A stretch of DNA of 50,591 bases from Bacteroidales bacterium (GCA_017645925.1 JAGCNN010000255.1:1-50591), one strand, 5' to 3'. Positions 33,701 to 40,662 are shown, counted from the first letter of the stretch. Notes: generated from the letters alone by a model not told the origin. Program-made: numbers and translations.

Positions 33701-36700
33701 GGTTCCGCCTGTAACTGTAACCGTTGCAGTTCCTACCGACTGGTCGGTACAAGTTTTGAGTATGTCCTCGTTGCGTATGACAGCAACAAGTTCATCTGGT
33801 TGGGTAATCACCTGCGTAGTTGATACCGTACAGCCGTTGCCATCGCGTACATATATATTATAGGTATAGGACGAGTTGCCATTTGTTGAAACCGGGAAGG
33901 TATATGTTTGGTAGTTGGTGCCAGACGAGTGCTCATAGCTGCTTCCGCCGTTATCGCTGAATTCGTAGTAGTACGGACTTCCAGATGTACCCTCGCCACA
34001 AGGTATGCTTGTGCCTGCACCAGTTACTTCTACCGTGATGGTTCCAGAATCTTCTCCGTTACACTTTACATCGGTATGCGAAACGGAAATTGTCGGATTC
34101 GTATTGGCGACAATGTTTACCGGAGCTGTGACCGTACAGTTGTTGGCATCGGTTACAATTACATTGTAGTCGCCACCTGCGAGCCCATTGATTGTTGCGG
34201 TAGTCTCTCCGTTGTCCCACGAGTAAGTATAGTTAGAAGCGTTTCCGCCATGTGGCGTTGCTGTTGCAATACCAATATTGCCAGTTACACATGAGTGATG
34301 GTCGGCGGTAGCCGTTACTGTAAGCTCGGGATAAATGGTTATTGTGCCTGTTAACGGAGCTTGAGCACATGCATTTCCTGCTGCAGTTGTTGTTACTGCC
34401 CTATAGGTATATGTTGCACCCTCTGTTGGAGCAGTACCAGTTGCGCTTATAGTCATTGTGCCGGCATCGTAGCTCAGACAAGTCGGTGCTGGAGTCGATG
34501 TCCATTCAAAGTTTACACCAGTTGCACCACCGCCGTAGGTAAATATAATATTATTGAAACCACCCGGGAAATCGCTGTAGCACTTTGTCTGGTCCTTTGT
34601 GCCCGAACCCGAAGCTGTGTTTATTGTCGGTACCGGACTGACAGAAAGGCTATAGTTGCTTGTTACAGAACATCCGTTTTCGGCAGCTACTACAACCGAA
34701 TAGGTATAATCGCCAACTGCGGTAGGTGTTACTGTAATTGCATTGAGGTCATCACCAGTTGTCGTTGCAGGCAAACCGGCATCAGCACCCGAAGTGGTTG
34801 ACCACGAATAACTCTCAACATTGATAGTATTTGATGTGCTGAGGTTTACAGAAAGTTCGGTAGCGGGGTATGAGAAGCACTTTGTAAGACCATCGCCACC
34901 AAGTGTATAATCCGGTAGATGGCGGTCGCTAATAGTTACCGATGCTGTAGCTGTACATTCATTAGCATCACTTACTGTTACATTATAGGTACCAACACCA
35001 AGATTTGAAATTGATGCCGTAGTCGAAGATGATGGATCATCCCATGCATATATGTAGTATTGATTGTGTGACGCATCCTCATAAGGAATACCATAGCTTG
35101 CAGTTACAGTTGCAGCACCTACGGTCTGGCCGGTACAAGTTTGCGTAACGTTACTCGGCTCTATTGCTGCTGTTATATGTGCCTGTGTAGGCTGGGTTAT
35201 CGTAACAACATCCCTATCGGTACATCCGTGGCTATCCATTACAACAACATTGTAGCTATTGGCCGGAAGGTTCGAGAATGTAATCTGGGTAAGGTCTCCT
35301 GTAGTAGCATGAGTATAGGTAGAACCATTATCCTTGCTGAACTGGTAGTAATACGGATTTGCAGAAGAGCCATCGCCATAGGGAGTACCGTCTGTTGCCG
35401 AAAGCGTAAATGCACCAGTACTTTCGCCATTACACCGCACATTTGTAACTCCACTATACGACAGAACTGGCGGATCGTAAACCAGAACTTCTACATTATT
35501 CTCAACCAAAGTACACTCCCGACCGTCAGGACGGACATCCTTAACATACACCGTATATGTAGTAGTTTGACTAGGTGTTACCGTATAGTCTCCACTTGTT
35601 GAGAAATGTGCATCATCGCCCCAGCTGTACATTATGGTTCCACCCGACTGCGACTGTGCCGATGCCGTCAATGTAATAGTTGTATTAGGACAAATTGGCC
35701 TATCGGGCACACTGGTAATAGTAAGACCTGTAGGCAGTGGTGCTACATTGAGCACTATAGATTCATTGTCGGCACACTGCAAGGTAGTTCCATCACCCAT
35801 ATCATAGTGTGTGGTTGCAGTTACCGTATAGGTTGTATTTCCTACCGGAGGAGTAACATTGTGCGGATTGGCTTCACCATCGCTCCATATATATTGCTCA
35901 ACCGGCATAGGCGAAGTTGCATTAAGCGGGAACGGCTCGCCTTCGCATATATGCGGGTCGTAACCCGACGATATAGTAATATCAGGCAAGCTGTAGATAG
36001 GAATAGTTTTCTCATTCCAGCATCCACCATGAGCATCATCGGTGGTAAACTTTATGGTTATAGCATCTGGAAGCGCACCTGTAATGGTATAATGTGTTTG
36101 CGAGCCAGAAGGAGGATTAAGTGATGGGCGCATGCTCTCGTCCAAGGTTGACAAGTCTTCTATCTCGGTGCCATCATAATTAACACTCGAAATCGACCAG
36201 GCACCCAAATTCTCGGCAGGGCTTTCTGGTGTCAGACCAAGCTCTATTGTTGAACCCTCGCATATATAGTTGGTTCCATCAAATACAATTTCGGGGATAG
36301 GGGTAACCTCCATAGTAAACGTATTTGATATTGACCTACAGAATTCACTTTCGATATTTGCCTCGTTACCAGCCACAATAAGCCTGTAGTAGTGGTGAGG
36401 CGGAGCAGGGTTGCCGGGTGTTGGGTTTGGTTCGGTTATGGTAATCTCGTTTCCTCCATAACGGCTTTCGTTATTGGTTGAAATCAAACCGTCGCTCGAC
36501 TCACCGCCATCAAACTCAATGGTTTCCCAGTTGATATTATCGTCTGAACGCTGCCAGCCATATACTGGACTGCCGTTAAATACATCATGCTCATCTACAA
36601 GATCCGCCCCCAAAGTAACCTGCGAACCTGTACATATATTGACAGAACTGAATATTTCATCTTCACCAACAATACCAATGGTAACTTCAGGCATACATAC

Positions 36701-39439
36701 CCTTACCTCAATGTCGTCAAGGGCAAAATCATTTCCTTGCCCATGAGGTTGATTGTTCTTAATACCAAAATAAACATCCTCCATTTCTGCAGGCATCTCA
36801 TACACCAACACCACTTGAGTCCAATCGTTTACATCCCACACACAATTGGAATACGGGAACTTGCGTGGTCTAGGAATTTCTCCAGAATGATGATATGCAA
36901 TCCTATTGGCATCTGTGAAATTAGGACTGCTATGCAATTCGAAGGTTAGATTCGGTTTGTAAGTACTAGAATTTCCAGACCCGTTAATATTAGCCATCCA
37001 GAATGAGAATATAAGCTTAACACCATTACAATTGGGCACATGAATTTTCTGACGATAAAAATAAGCTTCTCGATCTAAAGCATCAACCTGTAAAAAATAA
37101 CCCTTGTCCACATTTCCAGGATGGGTATGGTCGTCGAGCGGCACAAATAACTTCCAACACGGACTTCCAAACTTCGGTCTAGCATAACGTCCCTCACTAC
37201 CTATACTACACGGCGTTCCATATTGAGATATCTCATAGTCCATAATATTATATGTGGTTCCTCCTACCGAGAATGTTCCCAGCGATTCTGAGTTCAATAC
37301 TGGATCAGATTCGGAATTTCCACCAAAATCCTCTCTGAATATTACCGTTCCCGTAGAATAGCAATCATCGGGCTTATTCTCGCAGGTAACATCAAACGCG
37401 AACCCATCGCCTGCAATTGTACCATTGGAATAGAAATGTATAGTTATAGCATTGGATTTTGAAACCACATTTATGTCAATTGAAATGAGAGATGGCAGGA
37501 GAGATTCTGGTTGGTCCGGATTAGTAAGCTGATAACCACCTGAGGTTGCCCATGACAAACCATGATTACAACCAGTAGCCTCAGAAGTTGGCTCATATTC
37601 TACAGAATATCCATGTCCGTGATGACCGCCGCCCCACAATACCTCGCCATCGGTACCTGCACCATCAAAAATAGTTATGTAGTCGTGCGCCCAGTCAAAG
37701 GTATATTTTCCACTTATACGTACTATTTTATTTCTATTGGCATCACCAAGGTCGATTACAGCATAACCCGAACTATAGTCAATTGTACCGCCAGTAGAAC
37801 CGCAGTTGTTAGAATATTGACCGTCGGGACCTCCATCATCGTATATCATTTGACCACATATTTCGCTGCCGTAGGTAGCAACACCAGCCTGAGGAACAAA
37901 GTTGAACGAGACACCGCTACATGCAGCAGAAGTTACCGTTGCAGTCCACTCGGCCTCTATTCCGGTAAGGTTGTTATCAAACTTTATGGTAAGGCTGTGT
38001 CCTGTACTCGTGAAATCGGCAGGCGAATCTCCAGCAGCGTATGTAGCTACAGGCGTTGATGACGCATCTGAACCATCATAGATATAAAAATGGTCATCGG
38101 CACCAATGTTGAACGAAGAGAAATGTATTGTAAGCGGTTCGGTTGACGAGAATGTCTTGGTGTAGTATTCCTGGTCAAGAGTTTTGCCTTCTTCGGCAGT
38201 AAAATCAACAGAAGTGCCGCAAGGTACAGCTTCGCCAGGCAAAGTAGCCATACAGTCTATTGCCGACACCGTTGCATCCCAACCTGCACCATTGCCCGCT
38301 TCGTTGCTATATACAGCAACCGTAAGCGTATTACCAGTACTTGTAACCGATGGCGGCAACGTAGTGCCTGTATATCTTCCAACCAACGGAGACGAAATAG
38401 TTGAACCGTCATGTATTTCAATGAAGTCATCATCGGTCATATCAAAGGCGGAGAAACCAATCTGGATACGCGCATAGTTTTGCGACACGAATGTCTGATA
38501 GTAGCTCAAATTGTTGGCATAGTGGGCCACACCATCCGAGAAATCTACAGTTGTAAGACAATTCACCGTAATATCAGGCCACTTTATAAAACAGCCTACA
38601 GACGTTGCACGCGCCATCCATCCCGCACCTTCGCTGCCATCATCGTCGCTCACAAAATGGAAGTACATCGAATTCCCCGAAGATGTAATAACCGAAGGTG
38701 GATTAGAAGCATCGTAAGTATCAATAAGCACCGCATCATAATCATCGGTTGAAGGATTATATACATAATTGTAGGCTTCAAGATAGTCGCCTGTGCCAAG
38801 ATTAAACGAAGTAAAATTCACACGGATATTGGCACCGTCTATAGTGGAATAAGTCTTGGTGAAATTCGAGTTTGCAGCATAATCACCAAAGCCATCGGTA
38901 AACTCGGAACTTTCCTGACAATTCAGATACCTGCTCGGCAACATATCGGGGCAAGCAACACTAACCTTCGCCTTCCATCCCCTATACTTGGTATTACTTG
39001 ACGAACGGTGAACAAAAGTAACCCTACCTGTCGTACTCGTAAAAGTACCGGTTGGTCTTGTTGTACCATAAAGATGTTCAACCCATTCACCAGAACCAGT
39101 AATTGTAGAACCGGATATACTAATTTCACCATCATATATGTTAAGATAATGGTTATTACCCGAACCCGAACCATTACCCGTGGCAGGACCAACGCCGAAG
39201 TTGCCCTCGAAAGTTACCACAATCTGGCTTCCCGGATCACAATAGAACGAGTACCAATAAGTCCAAGTACCAGAATAGTTATTCGCATCGCCTCCTTGGT
39301 CGTAAAAATAGGCATAATCGCCACAATTCAGCTTCGTAGAGCCGTTGGTGTTAGCATTATCAAGCTTTACGGTAACCTGAGCAAATGTGCTAACGGCATA
39401 AAATGCCAAAACCGAGAAAATAACAATAAACTTTTTCAT
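21752..39439 (-). CDS. Giant (5895 aa) T9SS type-B cargo, SprB-like adhesin: signal peptide, about 5 CUB-like domains, a beta-sandwich domain, many SprB/PKD-like repeats, HYR-like repeats and a gliding-motility-associated CTD
   Basis: C-terminus IPNVFTPNGDGVNDTW...IYVFNRWGQ...WDG..GTYLY is a type-B CTD. SprB repeats follow GG..PY.Y.W...L.AG.Y.V.VTD..GC. CUB-like motifs such as DDFIEIHDG..VGRYTG..S.GN.L. The ORF is uninterrupted. Confidence 0.92.
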   Translation of the reverse strand: MKKFIVIFSVLAFYAVSTFAQVTVKLDNANTNGSTKLNCGDYAYFYDQGGDANNYSGTWTYWYSFYCDPGSQIVVTFEGNFGVGPATGNGSGSGNNHYLNIYDGEISISGSTITGSGEWVEHLYGTTRPTGTFTSTTGRVTFVHRSSSNTKYRGWKAKVSVACPDMLPSRYLNCQESSEFTDGFGDYAANSNFTKTYSTIDGANIRVNFTSFNLGTGDYLEAYNYVYNPSTDDYDAVLIDTYDASNPPSVITSSGNSMYFHFVSDDDGSEGAGWMARATSVGCFIKWPDITVNCLTTVDFSDGVAHYANNLSYYQTFVSQNYARIQIGFSAFDMTDDDFIEIHDGSTISSPLVGRYTGTTLPPSVTSTGNTLTVAVYSNEAGNGAGWDATVSAIDCMATLPGEAVPCGTSVDFTAEEGKTLDQEYYTKTFSSTEPLTIHFSSFNIGADDHFYIYDGSDASSTPVATYAAGDSPADFTSTGHSLTIKFDNNLTGIEAEWTATVTSAACSGVSFNFVPQAGVATYGSEICGQMIYDDGGPDGQYSNNCGSTGGTIDYSSGYAVIDLGDANRNKIVRISGKYTFDWAHDYITIFDGAGTDGEVLWGGGHHGHGYSVEYEPTSEATGCNHGLSWATSGGYQLTNPDQPESLLPSLISIDINVVSKSNAITIHFYSNGTIAGDGFAFDVTCENKPDDCYSTGTVIFREDFGGNSESDPVLNSESLGTFSVGGTTYNIMDYEISQYGTPCSIGSEGRYARPKFGSPCWKLFVPLDDHTHPGNVDKGYFLQVDALDREAYFYRQKIHVPNCNGVKLIFSFWMANINGSGNSSTYKPNLTFELHSSPNFTDANRIAYHHSGEIPRPRKFPYSNCVWDVNDWTQVVLVYEMPAEMEDVYFGIKNNQPHGQGNDFALDDIEVRVCMPEVTIGIVGEDEIFSSVNICTGSQVTLGADLVDEHDVFNGSPVYGWQRSDDNINWETIEFDGGESSDGLISTNNESRYGGNEITITEPNPTPGNPAPPHHYYRLIVAGNEANIESEFCRSISNTFTMEVTPIPEIVFDGTNYICEGSTIELGLTPESPAENLGAWSISSVNYDGTEIEDLSTLDESMRPSLNPPSGSQTHYTITGALPDAITIKFTTDDAHGGCWNEKTIPIYSLPDITISSGYDPHICEGEPFPLNATSPMPVEQYIWSDGEANPHNVTPPVGNTTYTVTATTHYDMGDGTTLQCADNESIVLNVAPLPTGLTITSVPDRPICPNTTITLTASAQSQSGGTIMYSWGDDAHFSTSGDYTVTPSQTTTYTVYVKDVRPDGRECTLVENNVEVLVYDPPVLSYSGVTNVRCNGESTGAFTLSATDGTPYGDGSSANPYYYQFSKDNGSTYTHATTGDLTQITFSNLPANSYNVVVMDSHGCTDRDVVTITQPTQAHITAAIEPSNVTQTCTGQTVGAATVTASYGIPYEDASHNQYYIYAWDDPSSSTTASISNLGVGTYNVTVSDANECTATASVTISDRHLPDYTLGGDGLTKCFSYPATELSVNLSTSNTINVESYSWSTTSGADAGLPATTTGDDLNAITVTPTAVGDYTYSVVVAAENGCSVTSNYSLSVSPVPTINTASGSGTKDQTKCYSDFPGGFNNIIFTYGGGATGVNFEWTSTPAPTCLSYDAGTMTISATGTAPTEGATYTYRAVTTTAAGNACAQAPLTGTITIYPELTVTATADHHSCVTGNIGIATATPHGGNASNYTYSWDNGETTATINGLAGGDYNVIVTDANNCTVTAPVNIVANTNPTISVSHTDVKCNGEDSGTITVEVTGAGTSIPCGEGTSGSPYYYEFSDNGGSSYEHSSGTNYQTYTFPVSTNGNSSYTYNIYVRDGNGCTVSTTQVITQPDELVAVIRNEDILKTCTDQSVGTATVTVTGGTQFGTAPDTYYNYAWNTYPTPTWDPNRNTRIITDLPVGSYQVTVSDAQGCTATAWKEITARPVPNINASTTADAVCLSSSTSSFSILNSSNTVDIASHSWSVAPTDGAGMPSNLTTASLEVAPIGISPYEEAVTYVYTDVVTADNGCIVSGTVSLTVNPTVVLTHTSGDLDQTLCFEKTLVPIVFEYSGGASGVTLTWGDPAPASTCLSYAIDNTTHTLTISEGGEPVAGTYRYRVDAVGAVSPCSNPYYEGIIIIRPQLTVTVTGDHQSCVSGNIGVVTAHPAGGKPFGTAPDTYYQYSWNTTPTPRTTQSINELAGGTYNVVVTDANTCTATGSVTIESKTNPSISIDVTNVLCHGFNTGAIQVTVTNHGTNAGTSNPYGEGTTTEPYFYLFSKDGGSNTEQSSGDDYYVHSFPNLLANTYNIYVRDGNDCVATATPHVTEPDTYVTAEITDANTIPTCQGQSVGALTVTADHGTPGTSPNPEYTYSWNTGATTASINELSAGMYTVVVTDGNGCSITTSKEVLPRPVPDFSLDVTGRADKCLYDNETELVVSNGGTGSTYAWSASSTDAGLPAGSDDATVTVTPAVGTHTYTVSITASNGCVVTASVPLTIYPVPTVALSGTVTEATCNGYDDGGFSLVATGGTIYDNGTNPSTPYYYQFSIDGGSNYTTYYSNSNTSVTAQFTDLLAQTYNVVVSDSHECTASVSGGVEVWQPTLVTATPSVVTEDCAGQAIGVATVTPNGGRIGVAPYPEYRYAWNKATNPWDEPRTTQEISGLAAGTYNVTVTDSYGCIGTNAVTIDPRPVPNINVSTTADAVCLSSSTREFSILNNHDVDIASHSWSVAPTTGAGMPSDLTAESLEVTPTGISPYEEPVTYVYTDVITAENGCVVSGTVSLTVNPTAILTHTSGAPSQTLCFDETLTDIVYTYSGGADGATLTWTETAPESTCLSWSVDPSAKTLTITEGTTPVAGTYRYTVQTTGAISPCDNPPLSGEIIIRPQLTVEITGVHQSCVTGNIGTATATPAGGNPGSSLAYTYEWNTSATSATISGLTGGDYSVVVTDGAGCTATSSVTIVEKVNPTIEVTSKNVSCYGADDGKITVLVTTPSTDNPTPYSDGPASQPYYYVFSSDNGATLYDSRGEEQYAQYTFTGLAADAHPVNSHTYNIYVRDGNDCTATEEVNITQPVTLTATIDTDNDVTNSCTGQAVGEATVVAHDGTGPYTYTWNTDPVQSLATATGLAIGTYTVTVEDDHHCIATAQVSIGNRPVPSITAETNTVVCESELPLTLTVVNAGNEVDIASYSWTVDPTENAGITSGTNGATLNVRPTNYTTHRYTQHIVAENGCEVEGYVELLVHPNPTVTLGDVTQPVCPSAGSIEIEATLTYTNPIATPAPLYTYTWTNDGSFAVASTEPSISDATTVTSTTATVSVPNDYCSHDYTLKLQVEDANHCQSELAEKVITVADETVPTISLIDPSYASVDAVPIDGCKFTFPDLTTLVSTSDACSRGDLVITQSETAGAVITARPSQDVVVTVSDECGHTDNLTITVNVPETLSASITTPTNNTCPIASGSDYEFGSLVSGATAPYTYSWTTATAVDGHPDQATIASDGRCHTYNITLSVNDDYGCTAESSVTFAAVDDENPQITCPASPISVSTDSHVNTADVTVPLPTGMSDNCTIDYYINDHTNTANASGTYPLGQTDVTYTIYDMCGNDETCPFSVIVTDDEPPCIGCDPDDPDPDNPDPFNPNHGISCESITDNTGEVRVVTDPGQNTYTHSGNDWNIDANDNVGIVAGYPYYALSGDTDVVDGENTTLNGQHFNVGTTTVTWYVSDGIHVVDCSFDVIVTDDQPPCIGCDPDPNDPNVNGISCESFTEVISGQNQITVSTSPAYVDTYTHSGTAWDITATDNVAVVSRTCVLSVYDDVLGDYVVIGSGIEIPSEPGFETLDGVTFSLGATLVTWYVSDGTFIVPCSFIVNVEDNELPCIGCDPTDPDPYNPENPTGISCTTIGNQVRDCTEGLEYYVHHNNETAPTDPADPTLTSNWTANWNVDADDNTGTDGLRVFYTLEGHTSEVTGDNTTLEGQIFNIGLTTVIWHAIDRFDNETTCMFTVSVADHEAPCIGCDPDPTDEDPGVSCNDIAPNTEHTVSVSTSEHLSYYHHNNDSWDVTATDNVEVMSVTYELDNVNCAVPSVLVSPNTTLNGQNFNIGTTKVVWTAVDYANNISTCEFYVTVTDDENPCIGCDPDDPNPFDPSTGISCASIVSAMGGDVSELSFEVGTDTDANTYQHLDYLWDVDANDNVAIVAGDPHYTLSGATTVVEGDNTTLNGQHFNVGETTVTWHVSDGVNTEVTCSFTITVVDDQPPCIGCDPDPSNPDPFDPSTGISCASIVSAMGGDLTELSFEVGTDDDVNTYLHTGEDWDVDANDNVTIVAGDPHYTLSGATTIVEGDNTTLNGQHFNVGTTTVTWHVSDGVNTEVTCSFTITVVDDQPPCIGCDPDPNNPDPFNPNSGISCASIVTAMNGDLTELSFEVGTDEHSDTYLHTGIDWDVDANDNVAIVAGDPHYTLEGATTVVEGANTTLNGQHFNVGETTVIWHVSDGVNQEVTCSFTVTVVDDEDPCIGCDPNDPNNPFDDDDPDGRDCESIVAFADGENMTINVGTSDFLNPSEYVNYYVHYNSGENGNWDITANDNVGIASVVCNLSGATTATGLTTLNGQQFNIGRTVVTWVVTDVSTPPNTSECTFVVIVSDDDPPIIGCDPDDPDNPFDPTAGISCSSITSGDDIVTVYTPDGLTYYQHQGTQWDVTANDNSGIPSIAYSLSGATTSVDGSPITLNGQRFNLGQTTVTWVATDMYGLTDTCTFVVNVLDIIAPGISCPPEIQNITCINDVPPAYQTYEQFVTAGGSAYDPNGIDESSFVLLSQESDGNTCPEVITRTYQIDDIPGNHAICTQTITIMDNVAPVITGLAPTINVTSGTNCRYPLPDFTEVVRAMASDNCTTRDNLTIVQSLEAGTANMISTNTDVTITVTDACGNTAQIVGHAVVPQTLTHNVSFTEIMCAGQTSTVTITGVGGTVPYTGVGERVEYAGAHSYVISDANGCTSNVNITISEPPQLEIPSISVVHVACFGESTGSASVSVTGGTPGYTYSWNTVPVQETQNATNLVAGRYTVTVTDTKGCSATSAATIEGQSALLVASIESVLPVACYGEATGSAMVSVRGGSPVYSYHWSTSPEQNTETATSLLAGEYMVTVSDSHGCTATATAVIEGQSSPLTTSFAAGNITDVACYGQSTGSARVDVEGGSPDYRYTWSTSPVQNSQTAVNLSAGSYVVTVTDSHECTSTAAVTISGQTYELTASFAEGSSVDVPCFGETTGSAIVTVSGGSPDYTYAWNTIPQQTTQAVSNLAAGRYTVTVTDAHGCTATSSVAINGQGTPLSPNVLPTNVTNVACNGMSTGSATVTVSGGTPQYQYSWNTSPVQNTQTIVNVPAGTYVVTITDDHGCTATANATISQPPLLEVSVTASDATCGSVGGTVTANVFGGAGQYVYSWVNTLGQTYASPRLSSVAPSTYNLTVTDGNGCSATTSAQVSAIGSLSARIDVVALPGCGTNISSGRLQAVAESGISPFSYIWNTGATTMIASNLQPGSYNVTITDNWGCSANATTSIEQLNTLEISVTNTGASCFGYNDASATVVALRGEPPYTYEWNNGASSPMLQNILAGSYTITVTDANMCTRVETIEIPQPDRLTLLSDVKQISCFAKSDGSIALTAEGGNQPYTFNVTLNESRFTGNYMANLPAGVYTMEVVDAKGCQSENTIQLIEPDEFLSSYNVTMPSCSGNNDGTIEISATGGTKPYMYGWDSYYTDVPLLTGLRQGQYTISVVDANKCTYQVASIMLTDMAGDCITIPNVFTPNGDGVNDTWIIDNIEMFPDATIYVFNRWGQMLYKATGNDEPWDGSYRGHHVPAGTYLYIVDLYQKTEAYKGTVTVLY
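25864..27001 (-). repeat. Three near-identical tandem ~381-bp HYR-like coding units
   Basis: The anchor GAACGAGCAGG recurs at about 25880, 26261 and 26642 (period 381 nt = 127 aa). Confidence 0.9.
30946..33526 (-). repeat. Long-range internal duplication in the giant gene (about 30946-31295 vs 33175-33526)
   Basis: Shared nucleotide blocks such as GTCGGGTTGACGGTAAGTGAAACTGTTCCCGATAC at an offset of about 2229 nt. Confidence 0.85.
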
Positions 39440-39594
39440 ATCTCAACACTCATTAAATTCAACAAAATGTTAGATTCCGAAATGGAACAAATGGCATACT
39501 TGCCCATTCTTACACACGCGCGCGATGACTTTACGCTCCCCAAAGCGGATAAAGCCAAAGCTATATCATTTATTTTCAATGTATTACTACACAT
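39436..39594 (-). CDS. Putative 52-aa upstream ORF overlapping the giant gene start (ATGA)
   Basis: Manual translation MCSNTLKINDIALALSALGSVKSSRACVRMGKYAICSISESNILLNLMSVEI*. No homology recognised. Confidence 0.3.
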   Translation of the reverse strand: MCSNTLKINDIALALSALGSVKSSRACVRMGKYAICSISESNILLNLMSVEI

Positions 39595-39807
39595 AACTAA
39601 CTAAAAATATTTTTTTGCAATATAGTAACTTTTTCTCCATTTGCCTAATTTTACAAAAGTTTTTTTGCTCAAAAGCCTGATTATTGGACAAAAAACAATA
39701 TTTTCTTTGCAAAATACGCGCCAAAGCATATAAATTACAAATAAATTTTAGAACTTTTAACAAAGAGCCAAATGCTCAAAGGATTAGGGGCGGGAAAGGG
39801 GGTGAGA

Positions 39808-40012
39808 AGGCTAACAGGCTAACGGGCTAAAAGGCGAAAAGGCTAGTCTGGGGACAGATGAATTTGAAAATTTGATGATTTGATTATTTGATTTGATGAT
39901 TTGAAAATTATAGCGAGCGCAAAGCATTGCGCCGCTACAGATTATTGGTTCAATCGTCAATCGAAAATCGTAAATCAATTTGCATCTTGTCAGCTCAATC
40001 GTAAATCGTAAA
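39808..40012. repeat. Mosaic of short tandem repeats (GGCTAANN, ATTTGANN, AATCGTN) around a GTAG REP-like hairpin, downstream of tmRNA
   Basis: ggctaaca ggctaacg ggctaaaa ggcgaaaa ggcta; tttgaaaa tttgatga tttgatta tttga...; hairpin at 39910-39938; aatcgtc aatcgaa aatcgta aatc. Confidence 0.85.
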
Positions 40013-40018
40013 TTCCCT

Positions 40019-40421
40019 TGGTGGAGCTGCCGGGAATCGAACCCGGGTCCAAACAAGAAACGAGGGTGATTTCTACATGCTTATTTTGCCTTTGATTGTC
40101 GGGGTAAGCACGGGGGTAAACGCCCAAACTCATCCTTATCTCCTAAAATCTTGCCGCCCCACAGGAGAATAGAAGCGACCAGTCCGGTATTTTTTGCCAC
40201 CGCTTTACCGAAACGGAACCAGACCGTCCAATCGAGCGATGTTTCGTTCCAGCACCTTGTGCCGGAATTAAGGTAAGCCTACTAATCTTCGACTACGCAG
40301 CGAAAGCATAATTATTTTCTGCGCCAATTATTGTTCTGCAAGACACTTTTACGGGATAACTTGCATTGCCCGGCATGCTTACACGATCATTTACCTTGCT
40401 GTCAAAACCAAGGTCAGCCCC
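40019..40421 (-). ncRNA. ssrA: tmRNA
   Basis: 5' end GGGGCTGACCTTGGTTTTGACAGC and 3' end GGACCCGGGTTCGATTCCCGGCAGCTCCACCA (T-arm, acceptor stem, CCA). Internal tag ORF reads (G)AENNYAFAA*. Confidence 0.97.
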
Positions 40422-40439
40422 ATAAACAATCGGAAATCG

Positions 40440-40447
40440 CAAAGATA
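40440..40447 (-). promoter_or_regulatory. -7 element (TATCTTTG) for ssrA
   Basis: TAnnTTTG match 18 nt upstream of the mature 5' end. Confidence 0.65.
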
Positions 40448-40536
40448 GACAATTCACAAACACGAAAATTGTCTTTTTTAACACATCAGATAATATTATA
40501 CAAAAATAAATAATTAACAATTCATAATGGATAATT

Positions 40537-40662
40537 TGTAGATACGCACCATGGCGCGTATCTACAGATTATCAAATCATTCAAATATATTTATTCCTAT
40601 TGTACGGACGCAAAATTTTGCATCGCACAAAATACAGAAAACGTTGCACGCAACGTTTCTAC
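40537..40662. repeat. Cluster of three GTAG-type REP-like palindromes
   Basis: TGTAGATACGCACCATGGCGCGTATCTACA (40537-40566), TGTACGGACGCAAAATTTTGCATCGCACA (40601-40629), and on the minus strand GTAGAAACGTTGCGTGCAACGTTTTCT (40636-40662). Confidence 0.8.

Noticed and set aside
39600-39780. Invertible promoter upstream of the giant adhesin
   Set aside because: The region is AT-rich with only short A/T-run symmetry. No convincing inverted-repeat pair around a TAnnTTTG box, and no recombinase nearby.
21752-40018. Genomic island integrated at tmRNA carrying the giant gene
   Set aside because: No integrase or mobility gene, and I found no duplicate of the tmRNA 3' end at the far side.
40019-40060. 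tRNA gene
   Set aside because: The T-arm and CCA belong to tmRNA; the matching 5' end and tag ORF lie 400 nt upstream.
40293-40520. 75-aa ORF ending AENNYAFAA
   Set aside because: It is only the tmRNA tag frame extended upstream by chance.
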